Assembly (NCBI GenBank): GCA_001443445.1
Contig: LDXN01000008.1
Location: 3,707 to 67,706 of the forward strand
Direction: 5' to 3'
DNA: 64,000 bases
DNA from: Candidatus Dadabacteria bacterium CSP1-2
GTDB lineage: Bacteria; Desulfobacterota_D; UBA1144; Nemesobacterales; CSP1-2
Part shown: in pieces, positions 30,253 through 40,919 of the stretch
Layout: every line of letters starts with the position of its first letter
Numbering within the stretch: the first letter of the stretch is position 1
The notes under the pieces: generated by a model
What the model was told of the DNA's origin: nothing
What the model saw: only the letters and a program-made list of their open reading frames with translations
The model's database searches: none
Made by a program: the position numbers and the translations under genes

Positions 30253-30341
30253 GCCTTAAGTCAACGAGAGAAAGAGGTATCGAATATTCTACTTGAAAAA
30301 ACTCTCGATAGTTCTTAGAATATTAAACTTGCGGAGGTTAC

Positions 30342-31466
30342 ATGACTATGAGAAGAGGAGAGAGAGTGTATTATGTTAAGGATTTAATCCAGTCAGTCCC
30401 TCTTCACCCGCCAAAAAGAATATTTGACGAGCTTGAAAGGTTAGGTTATCGAGGCCAATCAGGAGCAAGGCGTGCAGTATCTCTTGCCGCATATCGTCAC
30501 GTTAAGAGGCTTAAGCTCTTACACACCAAAAAGGTTCCAAGACCGGAGCTTCCTCCAAGGCCTAACTCAATCCTGATGGGGCCCACGGGATGCGGTAAGA
30601 CTTATCTCATTGAACTTCTATTCGGGGAGATATTTAAAATACCATATGTCATAGTGGATATGACTAAGTTCACTGAATCCGGCTATGTAGGGGATGATGT
30701 TGTAAATATGCTTGTTCAACTTGTTTACACTGCAAATGAAAGTATTGATATTGCTGAATGCGGTGTTGTTGTCCTGGACGAATTTGATAAGATAGCAGGT
30801 GCATTTAGCACTGCAAGGTTTGCAGGACAAGGAACTACAAAAGACGTTTCTGGATATGGTGTCCAGAGGGAGCTACTTAAAATCCTTGAAGGGGCTGATG
30901 TGCAGATCCCACTTGATTTCGGGTTCTCAAGCCGTGGTCCAAGGGCACTGATTTCAACAAGGGATATAACCTTTTTTGCTGTTGGAGCATTCTCAGGAAT
31001 AAGGAGCTTATTTGAAAAAGGCGGAGTGGGGTTTCTTCAAAAATTGGAAGAAGATGGAGAGGCAGATGAATCAATTGCCTATAAATTGAGCGAAGAGGAA
31101 GCTGATGATGTGACACGGTTTCATCTATTCGGATTTCTTCCAGAGCTCATTTCAAGGTTCAACAGAATTGTACCGTTTTCTCCTCTTGATAAAGACACAC
31201 TAAGAGACATCTTTCTTCTTAAGGTTCAAAAATACAAAAAGGAGTTTGAAGAAGAGGGATTCCAGCTACACATAGAGCCAAAGGTGGCTGATTTCGTCAT
31301 AAAAGAAGCCGTTAAGAGGCAGACAGGAGCAAGAGGATTAGATGTTCTTATGTCTAAACACCTAGAAGAGGTAGCCTTTGAGATATTCGGAAAAGGTGAT
31401 GAGGGAGAGGTCATGCTCACTGTAGCCTCCGGAAAGGTCTCTCATATAGTAAAGAGGCGCGCATGA
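30342..31466 (+). CDS. ClpX-like AAA+ ATPase paralogue lacking the N-terminal zinc-binding domain
   Basis: Collinear with ClpX: VSLAAYRHVKRL, Walker A MGPTGCGKTY, pore loop SGYVGDD, Walker B VVVLDEFDKI, DVSGYGVQRELLKILEG, IGF-like loop GVGF, sensor TGARGL. No C4 zinc-binding domain is present. Confidence 0.75.
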   Translation: MTMRRGERVYYVKDLIQSVPLHPPKRIFDELERLGYRGQSGARRAVSLAAYRHVKRLKLLHTKKVPRPELPPRPNSILMGPTGCGKTYLIELLFGEIFKIPYVIVDMTKFTESGYVGDDVVNMLVQLVYTANESIDIAECGVVVLDEFDKIAGAFSTARFAGQGTTKDVSGYGVQRELLKILEGADVQIPLDFGFSSRGPRALISTRDITFFAVGAFSGIRSLFEKGGVGFLQKLEEDGEADESIAYKLSEEEADDVTRFHLFGFLPELISRFNRIVPFSPLDKDTLRDIFLLKVQKYKKEFEEEGFQLHIEPKVADFVIKEAVKRQTGARGLDVLMSKHLEEVAFEIFGKGDEGEVMLTVASGKVSHIVKRRA

Positions 31467-32875
31467 TGGATTCGACAAGCTCACCACAGGTGGATTCGAC
31501 TCTTCGACAAGCTCAGAGCTCACCACAAAAGGTATCTATTGTAAGCCTGGGCTGCTCAAAAAACCTTGTAGATAGCGAATTAATTCTCGGCTCACTCAAA
31601 AACGCAGGATACGAAATCTCATCTGAGAAAGAAGCGGATTTAATAGTCGTAAACACTTGTGGGTTTATTGCAGACGCAAAGAAGGAATCTATAAACACGA
31701 TAATCGAGCTTTCACAATACAAACACCATGGTAACTGTAAGAAGCTAATCGTTACAGGATGCCTTGTTGAGAGATATGCGGATGAGCTTAAAAGGGAACT
31801 TCCTGAAGTGGATGCCTTCTGGGGCACAGGCGACCTCCTAAAGATTGGGGAGATTCTGGGAATGAAAAAGATTAAGAAAATCTACAAGTCTACTCCCGGA
31901 ACACTCTATGACCCAGATAGTCCAAGGGTTCTTACAACACTCCCCCATACAGCTTATGTGAAAGTTTCTGAAGGGTGCTCAAGAACTTGCTCTTTCTGCA
32001 TAATTCCAAAACTAAGGGGTCTTATGAAAAGTAGACCCGCTGATTCTATCGTCGGAGAGGTAAGGAATCTAGCAAATCTTGGAGTCAAGGAGATAAACCT
32101 CATTGCTCAGGATATGACAAGCTATGGAAGGGACATCGGAACGAATCTAGAAAACCTGCTTCGAGAGCTTGTAAAAGTAGATGGTATAAAGTGGATGAGG
32201 CTTCTTTACTGCTATCCCTGGGGATTTACAGATTCCCTTGTAAGGCTCATTGCTGAAGAAGAAAAGATACTGAATTACATAGATATGCCTCTTCAACACA
32301 TAAACGATAGAATCCTGAAACTCATGGATAGAGGAACTACAAGTGCTAGAATTAGGAATATTATTGATAAGCTTCGTAAGGAAATTCCAAATCTAACGCT
32401 TCGCACCACATTCATCGCGGGATTTCCGAGTGAAACCGAAGAGGAGTTTAAAGAGCTTCTTGATTTTGTAGAAGATATGAGATTTGAAAGAGCTGGGGCT
32501 TTTAAGTACTCGCAAGAAGAAGGAACTAAAGCAGGTGAGATGCCTCATCAAATTCCTGATGAAGTAAAAGAAGAAAGATACGAAAGACTACTGGAAGTTC
32601 AATCCGAGGTTTCTCTGAATAAAAATCGAACGCTTATTGGAACCATCCACGAGGGCTTTATCGAAGGCACCGAGAACGGCAATTACATCGCCAGAATCCC
32701 CTCACAAGCGCCTGAGGTTGATGGGGTGACGTATATAAGTGGTTCCCCAAAAACCCTCCCTCCAGATAGCTACCCCAGATCCCAAAGAAACAAGAGACTA
32801 AAAGTCGGCGACTTGGTAAAAGTCTCGATCACCGATGCGGATATTTATGACCTGTTTGGGAAAGTAGTAAGTTAG
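31463..32875 (+). CDS. rimO: ribosomal protein uS12 methylthiotransferase RimO (radical SAM, MiaB family)
   Basis: MTTase N-domain (VSLGCSKNLVDSE), radical SAM CxxxCxxC (CSRTCSFC), C-terminal TRAM. The start overlaps the upstream stop (ATGA). Confidence 0.85.
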   Translation: MMDSTSSPQVDSTLRQAQSSPQKVSIVSLGCSKNLVDSELILGSLKNAGYEISSEKEADLIVVNTCGFIADAKKESINTIIELSQYKHHGNCKKLIVTGCLVERYADELKRELPEVDAFWGTGDLLKIGEILGMKKIKKIYKSTPGTLYDPDSPRVLTTLPHTAYVKVSEGCSRTCSFCIIPKLRGLMKSRPADSIVGEVRNLANLGVKEINLIAQDMTSYGRDIGTNLENLLRELVKVDGIKWMRLLYCYPWGFTDSLVRLIAEEEKILNYIDMPLQHINDRILKLMDRGTTSARIRNIIDKLRKEIPNLTLRTTFIAGFPSETEEEFKELLDFVEDMRFERAGAFKYSQEEGTKAGEMPHQIPDEVKEERYERLLEVQSEVSLNKNRTLIGTIHEGFIEGTENGNYIARIPSQAPEVDGVTYISGSPKTLPPDSYPRSQRNKRLKVGDLVKVSITDADIYDLFGKVVS

Positions 32876-33101
32876 ACCCTACTTAAACCCTCTTATCCCA
32901 TTTTCAAGAAAAGATTTAATCGTATTATTTCCGATTCTTTTGGATGCTTACTCCTCCCCCCATCCTAACCTTCCCCCACTAAGAGGGGGAAGGGATAAAA
33001 AAATTTCCTTTCCTCCCCCTTTTATGGGGAGGACCAAGGTGGGGGTTAAAATAAACCCGATTGTTGAATACTTTCTGACTTATAAATATACTCCATAGAA
33101 A

Positions 33102-34028
33102 ATGAAAATAATATTCATGGGAACTCCGGAATTTGCTGTGCCTTCTCTGAGGGCTCTAGTTGATTCGGGAGACGAGGTTGTCGCAGTTGTAACCCAGCCT
33201 GATAAACCTAAGGGGCGAGGGCTTGAGGTTGCCCCGCCTCCGACAAAGGTTCTTGCAGAAAGACACGGTATTCCTGTTTTGCAACCTGCTAAGATTAAAA
33301 CGGAGGAGTTTTTTAACGAGCTTAAAAAATTTAATCCAGACTTAATCTGTGTTGCTGCATACGGGAAAATCCTGCCCAAGAATATACTTGATCTCCCCCA
33401 CTACGGTTGTATCAATGTCCACGCATCACTTCTTCCCAAATATAGAGGTGCGGCTCCGATCAACTGGGCGATAATTCGAGGAGAAAAGGTTACGGGAATT
33501 ACTACGATGAAAATGGATGAGGGCATGGATACGGGCGATATGCTCCTTAAAAAAGAGGTACCCATTGAAGATGAAGATACCGGAGAAACCTTATCCGAGA
33601 AGCTTTCCGAAATAGGAGCCAGGCTTCTAATCGAAACCATAAGGCTTCTCAAAGAAGGACAGCTCAATCCCATTCCTCAAGATCATTCACAGGCTAACTA
33701 TGCACCGATGCTTAAAAAAGAGGATGGAAAGATAGACTGGCAAAAATCGGCTGAAGAAATCAGAAACCTGATTCGTGGAGCACTTCCATGGCCCAGTGCC
33801 TATACAAATCTTGAGGGAAAACTCCTAAAAATATATAAAGTTCGCCTTGCTGGTGGTGAAGGGAAGCCAGGAGAGGTGATAAAATCCGAGTCTGGAATTT
33901 TAAGAGTCGCAACAGGGAAAGGAGCACTAGATATTCTGAAACTTCAAATTGAGGGAGGGAAAAAACTAGAAACCCAGGTGTTTTTAAGAGGAAGAAGGAT
34001 TGAAGAGGGGATGGTATTGGGAGATTAG
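33102..34028 (+). CDS. fmt: methionyl-tRNA formyltransferase
   Basis: MKIIFMGTPEFAVPSL, HASLLPKYRGAAPINWAI. Confidence 0.9.
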   Translation: MKIIFMGTPEFAVPSLRALVDSGDEVVAVVTQPDKPKGRGLEVAPPPTKVLAERHGIPVLQPAKIKTEEFFNELKKFNPDLICVAAYGKILPKNILDLPHYGCINVHASLLPKYRGAAPINWAIIRGEKVTGITTMKMDEGMDTGDMLLKKEVPIEDEDTGETLSEKLSEIGARLLIETIRLLKEGQLNPIPQDHSQANYAPMLKKEDGKIDWQKSAEEIRNLIRGALPWPSAYTNLEGKLLKIYKVRLAGGEGKPGEVIKSESGILRVATGKGALDILKLQIEGGKKLETQVFLRGRRIEEGMVLGD

Positions 34029-34062
34029 AACCAATTCTCTATGGAAATATCGAATAAAAAAG

Positions 34063-34122
34063 TAGGGTCGAACATCGCGTTCGCCCATAATGGGAATGGG
34101 CAACCGCAAGGGTTGCCCCTAC
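34063..34122. repeat. REP-like pair (GTAGGGTCGAACATCGCGTTCGCCC ... GGGCAACCGCAAGGGTTGCCCCTAC) downstream of fmt
   Basis: The second unit is identical to the unit inside RAYT copy B (13670-13692). Confidence 0.8.
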
Positions 34123-34236
34123 AGGTTTTATGCTGTATTTCAAAACAGAATTAGTATTAATTGCATGATTCGGAGCAAACTAAGTGGTTAATTATCTAGC
34201 TAATTGGTGTATTAGATTTAGCTCTATACTTTTTCT

Positions 34237-34605
34237 CTAAATACTCAACACCACCTCAAAAAAACCAATCTTTACTTTAGATGCAATTCCATTCTTCCAG
34301 CATATATCTCGTGCTGCGTTTTGCAATTCTTTTGGGACTAAAAGCACAAGCTGAGTGCCAAGATTTGATAGCTCTCTCCACTCTTGAACCTCTTCTTCAT
34401 TAATAGTCTCCTGGGTCTCTACCTCTGCTATCAACATAATCTGACCGTAGTTTACAAAAACTACATCGGGATAATGCCCTTTAAACTCAAAATTTTTTTC
34501 TTGCCCAGGATTTGTATGGACTTCTTTGTAGAGTCTTGAGTATTTCTCTTTTATCTTGCTAATTACCCAATCGTGGAGAAACTGTTCATCCCTAGACCGC
34601 TCCAT
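34237..34605 (-). CDS. hypothetical protein, translationally coupled to nadK
   Basis: 122 aa. Overlaps the nadK stop by 14 nt. Possible PD-(D/E)xK-like segment PDVVF...IAEVE, but it is weak. Confidence 0.4.
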   Translation of the reverse strand: MERSRDEQFLHDWVISKIKEKYSRLYKEVHTNPGQEKNFEFKGHYPDVVFVNYGQIMLIAEVETQETINEEEVQEWRELSNLGTQLVLLVPKELQNAARDICWKNGIASKVKIGFFEVVLSI

Positions 34606-35455
34606 ATCTTTCTCCCCACTTAAGCTTGGTTTTAAGAATCGTAAAATAATCTCTGAATGGGGATTTAATCAACTTAACAGATGTGTCAGCCTTTCGTACC
34701 TCAACTACATCTCCCATATTCAAGCTGACTCCTACCTGTCCGTCTAGTGTAAGGTAAATATCCGGTGTATCTGTAAGAACCTTGACCCTGATTGTAGTTT
34801 CATTGGAAACAACTAGAGGTCGGTCGGTAAGGGTATGTGGACAAATCGGAGTAATGATTGTAAGAGGAAGCGTTGGATAAACAATGGGACCCCCAGCAGA
34901 AAGAGAATAAGCAGTAGAGCCTGTTGGAGTTGAAAGGATTATTCCATCTGCCTTAAAGGTGGTTACATGAGAATCGTTTATATATATTGCAAGATCAATT
35001 ATTCTTGCAACTGCTCCTTTGTTAACTACAACATCGTTAAGAACCAGGTAATTCCCTATTCTTTCATTCCTTCTATGAATAGTTGCATCAAGCATTTCTC
35101 TTTTTTCGATTTCGTATTTGCCAGAAAGGATATACTCCATCATGGGATAGAGCTCATCGAGGGTAATCTCGGTGAGGAAGCCCAGTCCTCCAAGATTTAC
35201 TCCTAAAATCGGAATATCGTATTTTGAGACAAGGCGGGCAACTCCAAGAAAAGTCCCATCTCCACCAAAAACTAAAACCAGATCTACAAGTTCAGGGAGT
35301 TCGCTTCGTGGAACAGAGCTTTTATGCCCAATTACCGCTGCAAGTTCTTTCTCAACATAAACCTCAATGCCCTTCTTTTCAAGCAACTTGGATAGTTCTG
35401 TTGTAATCTCAAAGGTTTCTTTTTTCTTGGTATTGCCGATAATACCGATCCTCAA
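34592..35455 (-). CDS. nadK: NAD kinase
   Basis: GGDGT motif (VLVFGGDGTFL) and NAD kinase C-terminal domain. Confidence 0.9.
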   Translation of the reverse strand: MRIGIIGNTKKKETFEITTELSKLLEKKGIEVYVEKELAAVIGHKSSVPRSELPELVDLVLVFGGDGTFLGVARLVSKYDIPILGVNLGGLGFLTEITLDELYPMMEYILSGKYEIEKREMLDATIHRRNERIGNYLVLNDVVVNKGAVARIIDLAIYINDSHVTTFKADGIILSTPTGSTAYSLSAGGPIVYPTLPLTIITPICPHTLTDRPLVVSNETTIRVKVLTDTPDIYLTLDGQVGVSLNMGDVVEVRKADTSVKLIKSPFRDYFTILKTKLKWGERYGAV

Positions 35456-35758
35456 AACCTATGCCTCCAACTCAATCGGCTGCCATTCGTGGAGTTTTTT
35501 GCAGTCTATGGAGTGTGAATATAATATACGTTGGCGGGTTAAAGAATCAAATATCAAGAAGCATGAGACAAGATGCAAGATGAACGATACATAATTCATA
35601 CATCATGAATCATTTTATTTGTGGCAAAATTGTGGAAAGAGAGGGAAAACGTTAAATCGATTAGCCTCTGCCTTCTACATTTTCTCATCCGCAGAGCCTC
35701 CAAATGCGGGACTAGGAAGTCCTCGTCAAGCTCAGACGAGACATCCTGACTATCCTTG

Positions 35759-36884
35759 CTAATTTGACATCTCTTCTTTCTTCTTCTCCCCCGCTTCGTA
35801 AAGCAGATAGCTTTTTATAAATTCACTTAAGTCACCATCAAGTATCGGCTCAACGTTCCCCGTTTCGTATCCAGTTCTATGATCCTTAATCATCCTATAT
35901 GGATGCAGCACATAGGAACGAATCTGACTACCCCATGCTATGTCCTTCTTTGTTGCATGTAGCTCTTCGAGCTTCTCTCTTTGTTTTTCTTTTTCAAGTT
36001 CGTATAGCCTTGCACGAAGAACCTTCATCGCTACAACACGATTTTGATGCTGAGAACGCTCATTCTGACAACTAGCCACTATCCCGGTCGGAAGATGTGT
36101 AATCCTCACAGCAGAGTCGGTTTTATTTACATGCTGGCCACCCTTGCCACCTGCTCGAAATGTATCAATCCTTAAATCCTTCTCATCAATCTCCACTTTA
36201 ATATCTTCATCTATCTCAGGCGAAACAAATACGGATGCAAAAGAGGTGTGTCTTCTCCTGTTTGCATCAAATGGAGAAATACGCACTAGACGATGCACGC
36301 CACTTTCTGCTTTGAGATACCCATAGGCATAAGAACCCTTTACAAATAATGTTGCGCTTTTTATTCCAGCTCCATCTCCCGGTTGATAGTCGAGCATTTC
36401 TACTTGGTATCCGTTTCTTTCCCCATACCTGAGATACATTCTAAGAAGCATCTCAGCCCAATCTTGTGCCTCTGTTCCACCTGCGCCTGCATTGATAGAA
36501 ACTATGGCATTCTTTTCGTCATCCTGATCGCCGAGCATTCTTTTAAATTCCATGCTCTCGATTTTGCCTTCGATATAGGAGATTTTTACTTGAGTCTCTT
36601 TTGCCGTTTCTTCATCCTCCTCTTCAGAGGATAGCTCCGCCAACACCTCCGCATCCTCAAGTTCATGGTAGAGATTCCCTAGGTCATCAATAATGCTTTT
36701 TAATTGTGCCCGTTCCTTCAGTACTTCTTGAGCCTTTTCAGGTTCTGTCCAGAAGTTTGAGGCACTAATGATTGTTTCTAATTCTACTAGGCGTGATTTC
36801 TTCTTAGGAAGGTCAAAGAAAGTCCCCTAGGATTTGTATTCTCTTTTTCAAATCTTCAATTTTCTCTTTGTTTTCTGCAAACAT
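35759..36884 (-). CDS. prfB: peptide chain release factor 2, with programmed +1 frameshift
   Basis: The frame-0 leader MFAENKEKIEDLKKRIQILGDFL ends at CTT TGA C (TGA = rc of 36813-36815), preceded by the SD-like AGGGGA. The +1 frame continues DLPKKKSR... to the SPF and GGQ motifs. Confidence 0.9.
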
Positions 36885-37020
36885 AAAATTAAACCCTCCA
36901 TGTTCATATATAAATTAATATAAGATCTGAATGTGATAAAAACAAGTCGTTAGTTGAATTATCCCTGGTGTAAGGTAAATTTTTAAAATCTATCCATAGA
37001 CAAAAAGGAGAATATTTAGC

Positions 37021-38160
37021 GTGAAGAAATACCTCTTTACACCCGGTCCTGTCCCTGTTCCAGAGGATATACTCCTTGAGATGGCAAGGCCTATAATACA
37101 TCACAGGACTGTAGAGTTCGAAAACATATTTGCCGAGGTTAGGGAGGGACTCAAGTACATATTTCAAACAAAAGAAGAGGTATTTGTACTTGCTTCTTCA
37201 GGCACAGGGGCAATGGAAGGGGCAGTTACGAATACACTTTCTCGCGGAGATCCTGCTCTTGTTGTAAATGGTGGAAAGTTCGGCGAGAGATGGGTAAAAA
37301 TCTGTCAGGCTTATGGCATTGAAGTCCATGAAATAAAGGTTGAATGGGGTGAAGCTGTTGATCCTTCTGAGATAAAAGGCGCCCTTAGCAAGAATCCTTC
37401 AATCCGTGCAGTTCTAATCCAGGCAAGTGAAACATCAACCGGAGTTATGCATCCGACAAAAGAGATTGCTGAAATTACAAAAGAAAGGGATGACGTTATT
37501 CTAATAGTAGATGGAATTAGCGCAGTTGGTGTATTCCCCCAACCCCTTGATGCATGGGGTATAGATGTTCTTATCGGAGGCTCTCAAAAGGCGTTTATGC
37601 TCCCTCCAGGACTCGCATTTGCCGCTTTGAGTAAAAAGGCGTGGAAATTTAATGAAAGATCGAATCTGCCCAAGTTCTATTTTGATTTCAAAAGGTATCT
37701 CAAAGATGCAAAGAGTAACACCACACCATGGACACCAGCTATAACTCTTGTCATAGGTCTTGCTTCGGTTCTAAGAAACTTTAAAAATGAAGGCCTTGAG
37801 AAAATGTTTCAGCGCCACGCAAGGCTTGCTCAAGCTACAAGAGAAGCGATAAAAGCAATAGGGCTTGAACTCTATGCGAAGCATTCGCCGAGCACCGCTC
37901 TTACAGCAGCCATTTCTCCCGGAGATATAAACGCAGGAAAGATTATAAGCGGACTGAGAGACAGATTTGGAATGACCCTTGCTGGAGGACAGGACCAGGC
38001 GAAAGGAAAGATCTTTAGAATCTCTCATATGGGATTCATTGATAGGGCTGATATCATTGCCGTTATCTCGGCTCTCGAATGCATTCTTAGAGATCTTGGA
38101 TATAAATTCGATTTTGGAGCCGGGTCAAGAAGGGCCTCTGACATTTTGGGAGTGGAATAA
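37021..38160 (+). CDS. class V PLP aminotransferase (serine-pyruvate/alanine-glyoxylate type)
   Basis: 379 aa. N-terminus FTPGPVPVPEDIL, PLP Lys region GGSQKAF. Confidence 0.8.
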   Translation: MKKYLFTPGPVPVPEDILLEMARPIIHHRTVEFENIFAEVREGLKYIFQTKEEVFVLASSGTGAMEGAVTNTLSRGDPALVVNGGKFGERWVKICQAYGIEVHEIKVEWGEAVDPSEIKGALSKNPSIRAVLIQASETSTGVMHPTKEIAEITKERDDVILIVDGISAVGVFPQPLDAWGIDVLIGGSQKAFMLPPGLAFAALSKKAWKFNERSNLPKFYFDFKRYLKDAKSNTTPWTPAITLVIGLASVLRNFKNEGLEKMFQRHARLAQATREAIKAIGLELYAKHSPSTALTAAISPGDINAGKIISGLRDRFGMTLAGGQDQAKGKIFRISHMGFIDRADIIAVISALECILRDLGYKFDFGAGSRRASDILGVE

Positions 38161-38188
38161 GGTTCATAAGTAATATTATGTACTAAGG

Positions 38189-38271
38189 TTGTCATTCCTG
38201 CATGTATTAAGCGGGAATCCAACATTTCAAGCACATTATGGATGTCCGATAAATACATTCGGGCATGACAA
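38189..38271. mobile_element. small TIR element, family D (TTGTCATTCC ... GGCATGACAA; internal GCGGGAATCCA and CCGATAA)
   Basis: Inverted termini read directly. Related tandem copies at 51812-51960. Confidence 0.6.
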
Positions 38272-38369
38272 AAGTAACACATGCTTAACGGGAGTTCATA
38301 AGAAATTCCTAGACCTTAAGACAGCAAGGAGAACACAGAGTTTATGAATGAAAAAAAGAATCCCTCTCC

Positions 38370-39638
38370 GTGAACTCTGTGGTCTCTGTGGCAAAATCAG
38401 TGAAAACCACAATTAAATTCATTCATCTTTCTGACATTCATATCGGGTTTGAAACTCACGGAAAGTTAAATCCCATAACGGGGAGAAATACAAGGCTTGA
38501 AGATGTATTACGCTGCCTAGATTCAGTTTTTGAAACTGCTATTCGAGAGTCAGTAGATTTAGTCCTAATAGCTGGTGACGTTTTCCATAGAGAAAACCCC
38601 CATCCTACGGAAGAGACTGAGTTTGCAAAGAGAATATCGAAACTCGTCTCTCAAGGTGGAACACAGGTTATTATAGTACTTGGCAACCACGACTATCCAA
38701 CAAGCTTTGGAAAAGCCGCTGCTGTTGAAATATTTCCTGCTCTCAATCTTGAAGGAGTAACAATCGCAAAAAGACCTGATATTTACCCTGTAATTACAAA
38801 AAATGGACAAGTTCAGATTGCCTGCATTCCTTGGGCAAGAATTAGCACGTTACTAACAAAGGACGAATACAAATCGCTTTCTTCGGATGCGCTTCAGTTA
38901 GAAACTGAAAGAAGGCTAATACATATAATACGTGACTTAATTAGGAGAATAGAAAGCACATATCCTGCTGTTTTTCTAGGACATATTGCTCTAAGAGAGG
39001 CAACGCGTTCAGGTACAGAAATGACCACTCTTCTTACACAAGACCCATCAATCCCAAGGGGTGAGCTTGCAAACTCTGCGTTTACCTATGTAGCTCTCGG
39101 TCATGTACATAAATTTCAGAATTTGAATAAGGGTAATAAACCTCCAATAGTTTATTCAGGTAGTCTAGAAAGGATTGACTTTTCAGAAGAAAAAGAAAAA
39201 AAGGGATTTGTCATAGGTGAGATATTTAGAGATGAAAGCGGTTGGGAATGTAATTATGAATTTATTGAAACGGAAGCAAGAAGGTTTCTTACCATAGAAG
39301 CTGCAGAGAAAGATATAAACACAAGCGAAGAAATCATTAACATAATTAAAAAAGAGGATGTCCGAGATGCCGTTGTTAGAGTAAAGTTAAGAGCATCAAA
39401 ATCAGAACAAGTCGATGAAAAAAGAATTAAGGAAGCTCTAAATGAGGCTTATTCAATAAAAATAGAAAAAATCTTTGAAAAGCAAGAAAAGATATTCAGG
39501 CAAGCAGAATTATCAAAATCTATGGATATTGTGGAGGCTTTGGATAAATATATCAGCACTAAACCGGAACTTAAAAATATTGCCGAAGATATGAAAAGGT
39601 ATGCGGCAGATCTTATTCAAAAATCAAAAGAAATCTAA
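38370..39638 (+). CDS. sbcD: Mre11/SbcD-family DNA repair exonuclease
   Basis: Calcineurin-like phosphoesterase motifs (HLSDIH, GDVFH, GNHD, GHVH). No sbcC/rad50 partner lies in the window. Confidence 0.8.
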   Translation: MNSVVSVAKSVKTTIKFIHLSDIHIGFETHGKLNPITGRNTRLEDVLRCLDSVFETAIRESVDLVLIAGDVFHRENPHPTEETEFAKRISKLVSQGGTQVIIVLGNHDYPTSFGKAAAVEIFPALNLEGVTIAKRPDIYPVITKNGQVQIACIPWARISTLLTKDEYKSLSSDALQLETERRLIHIIRDLIRRIESTYPAVFLGHIALREATRSGTEMTTLLTQDPSIPRGELANSAFTYVALGHVHKFQNLNKGNKPPIVYSGSLERIDFSEEKEKKGFVIGEIFRDESGWECNYEFIETEARRFLTIEAAEKDINTSEEIINIIKKEDVRDAVVRVKLRASKSEQVDEKRIKEALNEAYSIKIEKIFEKQEKIFRQAELSKSMDIVEALDKYISTKPELKNIAEDMKRYAADLIQKSKEI

Positions 39639-39679
39639 ATTATATATTTACCCAAAAACAAACGTAATTACTTTATTAT

Positions 39680-39851
39680 CGCTAGAGCAAAGTGAAGCGC
39701 TGAGTAGCGCGAGGCTAAAAATCCTAGTCCGTCATTTGCAAGGAATACTTCGACTAAGCTCAGCATAGATTCCACGACAAAGCAATCCCAAAAGAGAGAT
39801 TGTCTTCGGCTCGTAACGACAAACTATACGCTTCGCTAGCGCAATGACAGG
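39680..39851. mobile_element. MITE-like element, family B copy 2 (nested inverted repeats: outer CGCTAGAGC...GCTAGCG, inner CCGTCATTTGCA...CGCAATGACAGG)
   Basis: Inverted repeats read directly. Subterminal AAAGCAATCCC / GAGATTGTCTTCGG as in the other copies. Confidence 0.6.
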
Positions 39852-39933
39852 AAAAAGGCAATTAGTATAGACGCTCAAGAAAAGTTACTTATATAATTAA
39901 CCATAAATCGTTTAAAAAAAGGAAAACTCAACT

Positions 39934-40860
39934 CTACACAGATGGTGTTCTCGTTTCGTAACAACCCACACTTAAAGGATTACATTTTGTAGTTTCTATT
40001 TGCAGTGTCACATGGTGGATTGCGAATTCATCGTGTAGATGCCTTTTAATTTCTTCAATAATTTTCTCACTCAAGTTAATATCTTCAATCACAAGATGTG
40101 CACTTAGTGCCTCAAAGCCTTGGGTCAGAGTCCAGGCATGAAGATCATGCACACCGAGCACTCCCTTATGAGACCCGATAGCCAATTCAAGAGATTCAAG
40201 GTCTATTCCCTTTGGAGTTCCTTCAAGAAGAACATGAACAGATTCAGTAAATATTTTCCAAGCGCTTCTAAGTATCAAAACCGAAATCAAGATACTTATT
40301 ATCGGGTCGGCATAATACCATTTGGTTTGTAGCATTACTAAACCTGCAACAAGCGCGCCAAAGGAACCAAGCGCATCACTAATGACATGATAAATGGCCC
40401 CCCTAATATTTAAGCTAATGCTCTTAATTCTTGAAAGAAGATATGCGCTAAGAAGATTAACGCCGAGACCGAAGAAAGCTACCACTGTCATCTCAAGGCT
40501 TTTTACTTCGGTTGGAATTCTCAATCTGTCATATGCCTCAACTATAATTCCAAGGGAGATACCAAAGAGAAGAAGACTATTTAAGAAAGCGGCTAGTATC
40601 TCAGCTCTATAAAATCCAAAGGTTTTTTGAGAAGTAGGTGGCTTAAGTGAGAACCATAGCGCGAAAAGGGCGAGTGTAATAGAAACAACATCTATCAACA
40701 TATGTGCTGCATCGGAAAGTAAAGCAAGGCTTCCTGTCAAAAACCCGGCCGCACCTTCTATTAGCATAAAACCAAAAGTGAGACAAAGTACAACTATAAG
40801 AGCATTCTTCTCTTTCAATTCCATTTTTGATGAAAGATTGTCTTGATCGTTCAAACCCAT
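39934..40860 (-). CDS. cation diffusion facilitator family transporter
   Basis: Six TM helices, the CDF signature, and a C-terminal cytoplasmic domain. Confidence 0.85.
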   Translation of the reverse strand: MGLNDQDNLSSKMELKEKNALIVVLCLTFGFMLIEGAAGFLTGSLALLSDAAHMLIDVVSITLALFALWFSLKPPTSQKTFGFYRAEILAAFLNSLLLFGISLGIIVEAYDRLRIPTEVKSLEMTVVAFFGLGVNLLSAYLLSRIKSISLNIRGAIYHVISDALGSFGALVAGLVMLQTKWYYADPIISILISVLILRSAWKIFTESVHVLLEGTPKGIDLESLELAIGSHKGVLGVHDLHAWTLTQGFEALSAHLVIEDINLSEKIIEEIKRHLHDEFAIHHVTLQIETTKCNPLSVGCYETRTPSV

Positions 40861-40919
40861 TTTATTTAAAAATACATACGTTATAAATAAGAGTCAAAAG
40901 ATTATGTTAAAGTTATTTT

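Noticed and set aside
32940-33060. CCTTCCCCC...GGGGGAAGG and CCTCCCC...GGGGAGG hairpins after rimO, read as an intrinsic terminator
   Set aside because: The stems are real but no U-tract follows on either strand, so the terminator call is weak and was not listed as a feature.
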